A stretch of DNA of 60,418 nucleotides, counting the filler, from Sluysia triapertura (Eukaryota), in NCBI GenBank assembly GCA_046118255.1. It is 5 parts of 5 records of this genome, joined end to end, with 100 filler letters (N's around TTAATTAATTAA, not from the genome) between each part and the next. Parts side by side here need not be neighbours in the genome. Positions count along the whole stretch, not along the records: positions 38,295 to 49,470 come from JBJNIA010187811.1; positions 49,571 to 60,418 come from JBJNIA010192705.1; 3 more parts are not named here. One strand, written 5' to 3'. The translations under genes were made by a program, and so were the position numbers. The stretch's first letter is position 1. Each line of letters starts with the position of its first letter. This document shows, piece after piece, positions 39,500-49,720 of the stretch. The notes beneath the pieces were generated by a model, which was given only the letters and a program-made list of their open reading frames with translations, was not told the origin of the DNA and did not search any database.

Positions 39500-40602
39500 G
39501 ATTGTCCAATCACGACTTCGACAAAATTGAAATGAATGATATTGGTCGCGATTGGACATCAATGTTATGTTGTGCATGGTGATAGCAAACTATCATCAAT
39601 AATGACAATTTGATAAAAATAATGACTAAAATGTCATCATTGATGATGGCGACAACCAAAATTTAATTTAATATTTAAAGCTATTAAATGATTGATAATA
39701 ATAATAACAATAATAATAATAATAATAATAATAATATTATCAATAAATAAAAATAAAGTGCATAAATATTTCTCTTACTGAAACCCACAAGATCTTTTCT
39801 TTTAAAATCTTTCATTCTACATATGAATAAAATAAAAAGGAAATAAAACTGATGACGTACTGTAAAGGAACAACGGTGACGAGGTATGTTGTGTCTCGGT
39901 TATCGTTGTTGCTTCATATTAAGATAATGAATTGTTTAAAGCTTTGATATATTTGTTTGTAAAGATAAAAGGAATGATTTGTGTTGTACTTGAAACGAAG
40001 AATGTTAGAATAAATTACTAAAATTTATTAAGGTTTGGAATTAAAAATAAGATTTGAGCATTGAATATGATAGTTTGAGGTACTTATTGAAAGGTTGTAG
40101 TTTATTTAGTTTTGAAATACGATTAAAAAATAAATCTTAACGTGTTTGTAATGTGATTAAAATGGGTACTGAAAATGAACATGTGTAAATGAAGTAGATT
40201 TAGCTTGGTGTACTTAGTTAAAGATTTTAATGTAAATGTTTTCTATTTCTGAGGTACTTGTTAACGTTGTTGAATGGTGTTATTGTATTTATGATTTGTG
40301 TATTATACATTGTGGTTGTGGTTTGTTTGATGGAATCGTTTTTGAGTGAATGTTGTGGATTATTCGGGATTGATTATCAAAGTATGTTGTGAGGTAGGTG
40401 GTTAATGGTATTTATCGAATTATTGATATATGAATTGATGAGATGTTATAAATGTAGAGTGTTGTTTATGATGATTGAGTTGGTGTAGTTCAATAGTAAG
40501 AAGTGTGATTGCTTTAGAATTTATGTTTTATTGAAATTTAAATTATGGTTATTGGATATTATGTTTTTAAAAAGTTTTAGGTTGTGAGTGTTGGCCACTA
40601 CA
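39500..40602 (-). promoter_or_regulatory. Family D module
   Basis: gattgtccaatc (39500), gattggacatcaat (39550), inverted repeat at 39590-39607 / 39632-39649 (16/18), (ATA)n, and a start TGTAGTGGCCAAC at 40602. Confidence 0.6.
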
Positions 40603-41951
40603 CTTGTAATTCGTGTGTTGCAAAAACTAATAAAAACTGCAATAATAAGCGGCTTTTGATGTAATAAAATATAATAATATAGTAATAGTAATATTAAAAT
40701 AATGATAATAGTTATAATATAATAAATATGAACTTTAAAATGATTAAAGTCCTTATATTCAACAACTTATATTCATATTTAATAATAGCAAACCAATTAA
40801 GTGATTTTAAAGAGCACAAAAGCGTAAATAATTCAACCAAAGCTAACAATGCAAATATATAAAATTTTTTTTACATTTTTGAACAAAAAACTACAATAAA
40901 AAATGTTTATCATAAAAACTGTCAAAAGATTTTACGAAGAAATTTGTATTGATTCTTCTTTGAATATTATTCATCATTTCAACTTCATTATTTATCAACA
41001 CCATTGATCGAACTTTTACTCCTTTCCAATTTCTATAATTATCAGGATCAGATGTCGTATTCACAGACCATTCAAGAGTTACACCCTCAATCTGTTTGTT
41101 CATTATTAAAAGTTTACGTTAGTTTTTTTGTGAATTAAAAATTTTATGTATTTGGTGGGTATGATTACAATTTAACTTAATGTTGTTGGAGGTAGAATTA
41201 TGTTGAATTGAGCGGATTTGGTTAAATCTGAATGTCGTTCACTTGTTTTACATAAAACGTTTTGTTGCTTACGAAGTAATTGATAATATATTTATGAAAG
41301 TGTTCTTGACATGAATAAAAAGCACCTTTCATAATTTCATGACAAAGAATTTCATTAATATTTAAATGCACATCACCAAAGAATCTTATTTTTATAAATT
41401 CTTTATTTGTTGCATTCAGTACTATTTTTATGGCTTTAATCATGTGTGATCTTACGAAGACTTTTCATGAATGAGTTACTAAAATCAATTTGTTTAAAAT
41501 ATAATTTAGTCTCGAATTTTGGCTCAGTTTTATTTCATTCTTAATACACCAACCTCATTGAGCTTAAAAGTGAATTTTTATTATAATGCATCTTAAATTT
41601 CTTTTATTTTTTGTTGAAAGCAATATTTTAATTCTAAAAACAATGTGGATGCAGCCTACCCTAAATAAAGAAAAATAAAAACTTGAAAATTTAAAAATAC
41701 TAATATATATGTTCTTTTGCAATAATAAAACTAAACATATTTCATACATAAGTTTAGGTGAAATACATATATAGTGATTTGCAGGGCTATCTCTTTTGAA
41801 AATAAATATTTATAGTTTTTCTTTATTTAAAAGAACATACCTATCACTAATGTAAAGCAGTCAGTTAAGTGGCTTGTCCACAGGATTTAAAAGAAAAAAT
41901 TCTTAAAGTTGGAGGTCAAAATGTATATTCACTTTCATAATGTAAGATAAT

Positions 41952-42115
41952 TGTGGGGAGGGCTTTTCGATTTAAAATTATAACAATTATTAAAAATATT
42001 AAATCTTGTTTTTAGTATTTTAAAATTTTTATTAAAAAAGTTAAAAAATTAAATTAACAAAAAGCAATTTAAATTTAAACATTTTAAATTAATAAAGTAG
42101 GCTTAAGGCCTTTTG
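41952..42115 (-). repeat. Repeat family A
   Basis: Reverse complement reads ggccttaagcctac...gccctccccaca. Confidence 0.7.
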
Positions 42116-42396
42116 TAAACAACCAATTAAACAAATAAACAAGGTTAAATTCATTTTTCAGCATAACGTAAAAATGTAAATAATAATAAATAATGTTATT
42201 AAATGTTAACTATAATTAATAAGCGTGATCCATTTATAGCTGTCAGGTAATGTTCGCTCACGTAAGAAATAAATCTGTATAATTCAATGAAAAAAAATAA
42301 ATTCTACATTTTCGTATGTTTTAATCGCATCATTATCTTTAAGAGAATGATTTTGGAATATAATATAATTTGGATTTCTATAAACATTTTATATTA

Positions 42397-43030
42397 TTAT
42401 ATTTTTAGTTTATCGGATAAAAACGTCTCTAACCGTGATAAACGTGCAGAGAATAAATTGAATCCGTATGATATGAGAAAAATACTTATTAGTAAATTAA
42501 AACTAAGACTTGCGATACTAAACAAAAGAGAGTTTACTTGAAAGAATGGCAAAAATTTGTAATCATAAATTGAAACGTTATTCATTTTCGATAGCATATA
42601 TAATGAAATAAATAATAATAAAACGACATAATTAAGTACTATTAAATATTTATATTTATATCGTTCGTACTGTTGATAAAAGGAGTGTAAAAGTACGAAA
42701 CTATAATTAAAAAATACGAAACTAACAGTTAAATCAAAGTTATCATCTGCTACACATCTCCCATTTGTCGGTAATACTACAAAATTGACCAGGATTATAA
42801 ATTTGAGAGCCAATTCTAAGTCATTGACATTGTATTTAGATGTAATTTCATTGTAAAAATTATTAACGATACGTGAAGTAAAACGTAAAATTGATAATGA
42901 GTAAATTAGTAGGTAGTTCATAAGATAAATGAGTCGAGTGACTATTGATGAAATACAATTATTACCACCGTACTTACAACAAATGCTTGAGGTGGCATTA
43001 GCACATCAACAAATTACTGACATCCAATAT
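42397..43030 (-). pseudogene. Degenerate multi-pass membrane protein fragment, possibly GPCR-derived
   Basis: 174-aa hydrophobic ORF. LAILD upstream and NYLLIYSLSILRF are weakly TM2- and TM3-like. Confidence 0.35.
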
Positions 43031-43377
43031 AGCAAGCCATTATTATAATTTTTACTTTCCAAAAAAATCAATAACAAAAATCTTAAATTAATTATTATTA
43101 ATTTATTTCTTAATATATTATTATATTTATATTTTAATATTATTAATTTATATATTAATATTTTATATTTTCAGGAATGCTTGCTGTTTCAAAACTTTCA
43201 ATAGATTTTTGCAAGTATTTATCATATAACTGATTCTTTTGCAGCTCATAATTCAATTTGACAATAACTCGTATGTTATTAATTTTTTCATATATATCTA
43301 ATAAAGCATCTTTTGATGTTTTTACTGAATCCAAATTAATAATCTTATTTTCGGACTGAAATGGCAGGTTTTAAATT

Positions 43378-43698
43378 TCACTTGATCTTTTGACGAATAC
43401 AAAGAATTTGGAAAATGTTATTAATATCAGCGGAATTAAAAGTAATTTCTTTCAGCATACCTTCCATTTGAATTACTTTGTTAAAAGCAACAATAACTTT
43501 TGATTTCTCAATAGATTTCTGTTTGCCAAACAAATCGTAAATAAACAAACTTTGAAAGGAATTAAAAAATTCATTAAGGTAATTTAATATATTTTGCAAA
43601 TTATCAACTTGTTGTGTTAAACTGAATCGAATTAAAAAAATTTGCTTTACTAATGTATGTATCTGGCATTTTAAATACTTGATCTGAAATTCTGACAT
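43378..43698 (-). pseudogene. Unidentified intronless ORF fragment
   Basis: 106-aa ATG-initiated ORF inside the B-A cargo train. No motif recognised. Confidence 0.3.
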
Positions 43699-43801
43699 AA
43701 TACTATTAAAATAAACTTTAATTAGCGATTTTTGGTAATAGATAATACTTTTTAATCACATTTCATTCCATAAATAAATTTAATTGTTATGGTTACTCTT
43801 T

Positions 43802-44270
43802 TTACATAAGCATAACACTGAGTAATTCCTTCCAGCTATTTCTCTTACAAATAGTTTTAGCCCTAAAGGGAAGTATAACCAATATCATTCGATCGATAGC
43901 TACTGAAACTAATAACCATACACTGATATAAGCTAAAGTGTAAAGTAATATCGATACAAAGACAAAAATGAATTTAAGTCGAATTTTTGTCCCAGTATAC
44001 AATGTAGCCATATCATAAACTTGAGTACAAACACTGATAATTAAATAAAATATATCGACAAATGCAAGTACTATTAAATAAAATGTGGTACTTGGGTTAT
44101 TGAGACCTGGTGAAACAAGAACTGCTATAATGAGACAATTTCCCAAAATACCGAATATGACAATCGTTAACCAAATTAATGTACATGAATAATGAATGAA
44201 ATAAAATTCTTTTGAAAATAAAATCGAGCTGTTGGATAATGATGACGACGGTTTCTTGTTATGAGTTGGT
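43802..44270 (-). pseudogene. Truncated intronless class A (peptide-receptor-like) GPCR, TM1-TM3/ICL2
   Basis: FGILGNCLIIAVL (TM1 GN), STTFYLIVLAFVD (TM2 LAxxD), ISVWLLVSVAIDRMILVILPFRAKTIC (TM3 DR, ICL2 P). Terminates before TM4. Confidence 0.85.
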
Positions 44271-44289
44271 GTACAAATGAATGAAACTA

Positions 44290-44682
44290 TCGAAAACGAT
44301 ATTTGTGGTTTTGTTGACGGTATTTCATAGCATAATAATGAATCTTGCGAAATTTCTGATGATGTCGGAAGAAGAACAAAAGAATAAGAAGAAAGGTTGA
44401 AAGTAAAGATAAAAGAAATAATAATGATAACAATAATGTATTAATTATATATTTTAAAATAATGGTGTTGATGATGTTGTGGTGCAATTATAAAGTTATT
44501 GTATGATAATCACATTATATAACAATAATGATAATAATTATTATATATTTTAATACGATTGGATTTGTAATAATACTAGCTATAGTTCATGATAATTATG
44601 TAGAGTAGTTTGATTAATGTTCCGTATATATGAGATATTTTTATGTGGTGAAACATTGATATTTTGATATGATTTCCCTACG
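44290..44682 (-). repeat. Repeat family B
   Basis: Reverse complement begins (c)GTAGGGAAATC and aligns with 45513-45900. Confidence 0.8.
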
Positions 44683-45346
44683 GTATTTATGTTAGTGTGA
44701 CAGATAATAAATATTATTCAACAAGAAATATTTTCAATATTCTTTATGTAATAATTAATTGATGTTATTCCACCATTTAAAATGTAAACTTCAAAATATG
44801 CAACATTTAAGATAATACCCTAAAATTTAATTCACTTAAAATATGAATTGCAAAGTTGCGCTGATTTTTAGGAAAGTGATATAAATCAAAACGTAAACAA
44901 CAATGTTTTTATCAAAAAATCATAAAATATAAAATACACTCAAAGTAATATAAAAGTTATTAGAAAAGAAGAAATCGAATGATAGTTTAATTGTTTTCTT
45001 TAGGGTTGCAAATATATTTAATATGACTTTTCGTTTATTTTAAGTCAGTTTTTAAAATGCGACAAACCATACAGAAATATAACTAATGTTGATTTTTATT
45101 AAATATTCCGCTGAGGTAATTTGTTTTAGAATGACCATTTTTTTCAAAATGATTCAAATCAATTTATAGAAGGTTGATGATTGGAACTTAAACTAACAAA
45201 TTCTGAAAAATGGTTTCAGTAAGAATCTTTTGTGACATAAGGTTTAATTTAAAATACTCGAATTCAACAAATCGTAGTTTATTTCTGTCTTTTGTGTGAA
45301 ACGAGTTGTCGTATTTTGTACCAAATAATCAATTTATTAAATTATT

Positions 45347-45501
45347 TGTTGGGATACCGGCCTAAAGTGCCATTTAGAATAATGGAATATTCTAATCTAA
45401 AATTGTTAGACGGGGCTGATAGCTCACTGGTAGAGCATCGAACTGCGCAGCGAGAGATCCCTGGTTCGATCCTCGGTCAGTCCATTTTATGAAGTCTAAC
45501 A
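45347..45501 (+). mobile_element. tRNA-containing LTR-like repeat, copy 1
   Basis: TGTTGGG...GTCTAACA termini. Internal tRNA-like cassette at ~45413-45484 with A box, B box GGTTCGATCC and a TTTT terminator. Confidence 0.85.
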
Positions 45502-45512
45502 TGTAACACCTT

Positions 45513-45941
45513 TGTAGGGAATTCATCACATAAAAACACTTCACATATACACAGACAATTAAACAAACTACTAAACTCATTTAAAAACAAACACGACCAT
45601 CACATCTAATTATCATGAACTATCGCTATTATTATTACAATTCAGATCGTATTAAAATATATATAATAATTATAGTCATTATTGTCATATAATATGATCA
45701 TATAGTAATAACTTTTATAATAACTTTTATAATAATTTTCATGATAAAATTTCATAATAAATTTCAACAATTATGTATTAATAAACCTAATAACTACAGA
45801 ATTGTTATCATTATTATTATTTCCTATTCCTACTATTTTTTTGTTCATTTTTATTATCAATCTTTCTTTCCCTTTTTATATTATGCAATATATCTGACTG
45901 TGATACCGGAAAATTTGTACTTTTCTATTTTATTTCCTACA
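45513..45941 (+). repeat. Repeat family B (TGTAGGGAA...TTCCTACA)
   Basis: Homologous to 11151/12241 and 44682(-). This copy has inverted TG..CA termini. Confidence 0.8.
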
Positions 45942-46487
45942 AACATTGTTCCACCAATCAAGTATGAAGATTTAAAACCAATTGGTGAATTTATTGCCTT
46001 AAATCCCAATTCACATGAAGAAATGTTAGATGGTAATCAAACTCAAACTATTCAAAATGCAGTGTCCATGACAGCTCCTCACACGATACTTCATACACAC
46101 ACCGGAACCTCATATTATACTGACCCTTCTCAATTGACGCCTGGACCGCCGCTTTATATTCTCAATCCAACAGTTAATTCTCAGCCTGCACATCAATTTT
46201 TGCATCATTCTACTGCATATTCTGCTGTAACTGCACCACCGCCATATACACTTCCTGGAACATCTCAAGCACCAACTGGCACTCATACATATTACACCAC
46301 ATCACCACATCCAACACAGATACATCAAACAAACTATAACACTCTTTCACAACACACACCATATCATTCTCATCATCCAGCAGTATTTTCTACTCTCACA
46401 TTAGGTCTACCACCAGCTCCAGTTGCATCTACTTCTACTACATTATTGGACCCAACACTATCCACAAACCCAATCCAATTTCAATAA
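45942..46487 (+). other. Open Pro/Thr/His/Ser-rich low-complexity reading frame (exon-derived fragment)
   Basis: About 180 stop-free codons, raised GC, PPPY motif. The 5' end is fused to repeat B. Confidence 0.5.
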
Positions 46488-46489
46488 TC

Positions 46490-46978
46490 TGAGATAAATA
46501 TTTAGCTGATCGTAAAATAGCTTTGGAATATTACAAAAAGACGAGTAATGGGTCTGATAAATCATCTTGATAAAAGAAAAAATGGTAGGTTTTATTATGT
46601 TGATTTCTTGAAAAATTTCGAAACTATTTCAAATAGTAAACCTAGTCCAACAAAACATGATCCAGAAAGTAACGTATTTATTGATAAAAAAATGGATCTA
46701 CCTACACGTTTTCGACAATTCGAAATAAGCTAAGAGAAAAAATAATTTCCAAATTTAATAGCACTCTTCAGTCATTTCAAATGTTGGATAAAAATAAAAC
46801 TGGATTTATTACAATAGATTCTATAGATAAACTATTAAAAGAAATAGACATTAAATTAAATGAAACGGACCTTTAACATAAATTAACTAATTTTTATTAC
46901 AATTTGGATGGAAAAATTGATTATATGGAATTTATTCGTACTTTATTTAATCTGCAAGCAAGTCAATGTATCATTTAA
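46490..46978 (+). pseudogene. Degenerate intronless multi-EF-hand protein fragment
   Basis: LDKRKNGRFYYVDFL, LDKNKTGFITIDS and LDGKIDYMEFIR in shifting frames with stops. Confidence 0.75.
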
Positions 46979-47040
46979 TAAAATAATAATTAATAAAAAA
47001 ATAATCAATTAAGTTTATTGAGTTAAAATTTGTTATGGTA

Positions 47041-47628
47041 AATTTTGGTATAACTAGTCAAACAACTCCAAGACTTCTACCAAGTGGTACTGCAGTTAGT
47101 ACAGCTGGTTTATTTGTTTTGTTGACCTTTTTCTACAGCAGACTAAAAGGTGTGAGAAGAAAGGTTATTATGTATTAAAAAACATTTACATTATTTTTAA
47201 TTCATTTATCTCACGCGTTCTATGGTGCCCATTTTATTTATCAAATACTTGCAAGTATTGTAGTTGGAATATCAGTCAAACTCCATTTTTGTAAGATGAC
47301 TCTTTACGGTTCATCATCAGTTGTTTACCTAAGAACAACTTCAATTATATTAGGTATAAGAATTTTTAATTCTATCACCGCAAGTTTTCTACGAATTACT
47401 CAATACTGTGTATATGATGGAGTTAAAATGAAAGGTAGATGCCTCGATCAATTACAGCGTAATGATGTATATTATATGGAGCCTTATGTTCGTCAAGCTT
47501 CAATATTACGTGGTAATCATTATTTAAGTATCTTTTTGAAAGAAAATATTTTAAAGGACGTGATAATCGGAGTTACAGTTATGCATTTGTTATATTGTTG
47601 TTTTATTTTTATTTTTTTTACACAGTAA
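47041..47628 (+). pseudogene. Degenerate intronless glucose-6-phosphatase (G6PC, PAP2 family) fragment
   Basis: One frame with one stop: FGITSQTTPRLLPSGTAVSTAG (cf. [21 protein letters not shown]) and LSHAFYGAHFIYQILASIVVGISV (cf. [24 protein letters not shown]). The PSGH His and the SR Arg are lost. Confidence 0.75.
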
Positions 47629-47682
47629 CGAATTTTGCCGGTTCATTAAATTTCTTAATTTTGTTGTTTTTAATTGTTACAA

Positions 47683-47837
47683 GCCTTAAGCCTATTTTGT
47701 TAAATATAAAAATAAGACTTTTAAAACGTTGTAATTTAATTGTAAGTTATTTAGTAAAAATAATGCTTGATAAAAATACAAAAATGAATAAAAATAACAT
47801 TATTTCAAATAAAATAAAATACTTTTTGCCCTCCACA
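47683..47837 (+). repeat. Repeat family A
   Basis: gccttaagccta...gccctccaca. Confidence 0.7.
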
Positions 47838-48309
47838 CAAGAACAAAATAGGAAAAACGTATCCAATACAAACGAAAAGTTGCTTCTTCATCAAGTTTTT
47901 AGTTTCTGTAGGATAGGTACTATTTCTGGAATTAATTTCAACTCTTTTAATGTTAAACTTTCTTTTTTTAAGATTGTTGGTAGCCAGAAGATGGGAGGAA
48001 GAGTGAGAGAGAGTGTTACAAAAAGTGAAGTTAGAAAGGTAAATAGATCGAAGTTAAGAAAAATTTGGAGTGAACAAAAGAGTTGTGGTAGGAAGAGTTG
48101 ACTTGTTTTATAGAAATTTCTTAAAGTAAAATTTTGAATTTATGTTAGTGTGCCATTGAGGATTTAAATTTTTGAGTAATATGTTTGGCTACCACAAGCT
48201 GAAATTAAAGTTTAAAATTATTTCCTTTAGTAGTTTAAAGATGATTGCAAACTATCATTAAAGGATTTACATAATTAAAAGGCCATTTAAGAGCGTGTAC
48301 CTTTAATAC

Positions 48310-48481
48310 CGTCGGGCTCACCAATTGTTAGACTTCGTAAAATGGACTGACCGGGGATCGAACCCAGGACCATCGCTGCGCAGTTCGATTGCTCTACCAT
48401 TGAGCTATCAGCCCCGTCTAGAAATTTTATATTTCTATAGTCCATTATACTATATGGCACTTTAGGCCTTTTACCCCAACA
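48310..48481 (-). mobile_element. tRNA-containing LTR copy 2 (48481-48326) with adjacent tRNA-Trp-like primer-binding site
   Basis: TGTTGGGG...GTCTAACA, then AT, then TGGTGAGCCCGACG (13/14 match to the Trp PBS TGGTGACCCCGACG). Confidence 0.85.
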
Positions 48482-49470
48482 CTATAATTAAATTTATTAT
48501 ATACTAAAATAATATAAAAGGACAGACTTTTCGCAAGGTTAATATAGAAATAGTTATTCAAGGAGATTTTAGAGAATAATTAAAGAAGATTTTTACAAGA
48601 AGACGATAGAAATTTTATAAAGAAGACTGTAGATGATTATTTTTTCAAACCTAATTGTTAGTTTTAATACGTTTAAGAAAAGTTTAATTGAAATAATAAA
48701 ATTTACTAAATTTTTGATTTAAGCACTCAGTAACATTTAATTACCATATAAAAGCATTTTAAAAAACACTTCAAGTATTTAAATATTAATTGCTAAAATT
48801 AATATTATCCTGAAATACTATAAAAAAATCTGATATAAATTTATAGAGCTAAAATTGAAAAGTTGCTTTGATAAATTAATAGATTGTTTTTTGATTAAAA
48901 TATTATTGTATATTCATAATTCCATTTGATTTTAAACCTCTAATTCTCTTATTACAAATTGACATGCTTCTGTACATTTATAATTTTATTTTTATTAATA
49001 CATAATTTCAAAAAATTGTATTCTTTTGGTATTAAATAAAATAAGAATTAAGCTTGAATTAATATTTTATAAAGTTATATTACGATTATTACTTAAAATA
49101 TAACAAATTTCTTATTACGAAAGTTTCATAATAACTAAATTTATCGAAAGGAGAATCAAAAATAACTATCTAAAACTAAGAAAAAGTAGCATCAAAATTA
49201 AATATTAAAGCCTCCAAATTCTTGTCTTTGTCTCTTAAAAACTGCGAATCTATGTGCTAGTCCTTCATTGAGTAAGTCCAGTATCATACAGAACTTACGT
49301 TATTATTTAATCTTAATCTCATTGCAAATAACTATAAAAATTTTAACATCAAATTTCAACAAATTTACAAATAAATAGCAAAATCGTTTTCTATTAGCTC
49401 CAAAATAAATGTAATTACATAAATTTACTTCAAACTTTCTTTTAAAAATATCAAATACATGATTATCTTT

Positions 49471-49570
49471 NNNNNNNNNNNNNNNNNNNNNNNNNNNNNN
49501 NNNNNNNNNNNNNNTTAATTAATTAANNNNNNNNNNNNNNNNNNNNNNNNNNNNNNNNNNNNNNNNNNNN
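49471..49570. other. Artificial contig linker
   Basis: N run with TTAATTAATTAA. Confidence 0.98.
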
Positions 49571-49622
<52 letters not shown>

Positions 49623-49720
49623 GAAAAATAAATTTTAATTAAAACATTTGAAATTAAATTTACTTATAAATAGATTTTTCAAATAATGCTATAAATAAAT
49701 TTCAAAAAGTAAATACTTAC

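Noticed and set aside
45413-45484. Functional tRNA gene (anticodon position reads GCG)
   Set aside because: The anticodon stem does not pair, the three copies differ at many positions, and all sit inside the same TG..CA repeat.
45347-48481. The two tRNA-LTR copies as the ends of one element
   Set aside because: They are inverted relative to each other, whereas LTR pairs are direct, and no shared TSD is present.
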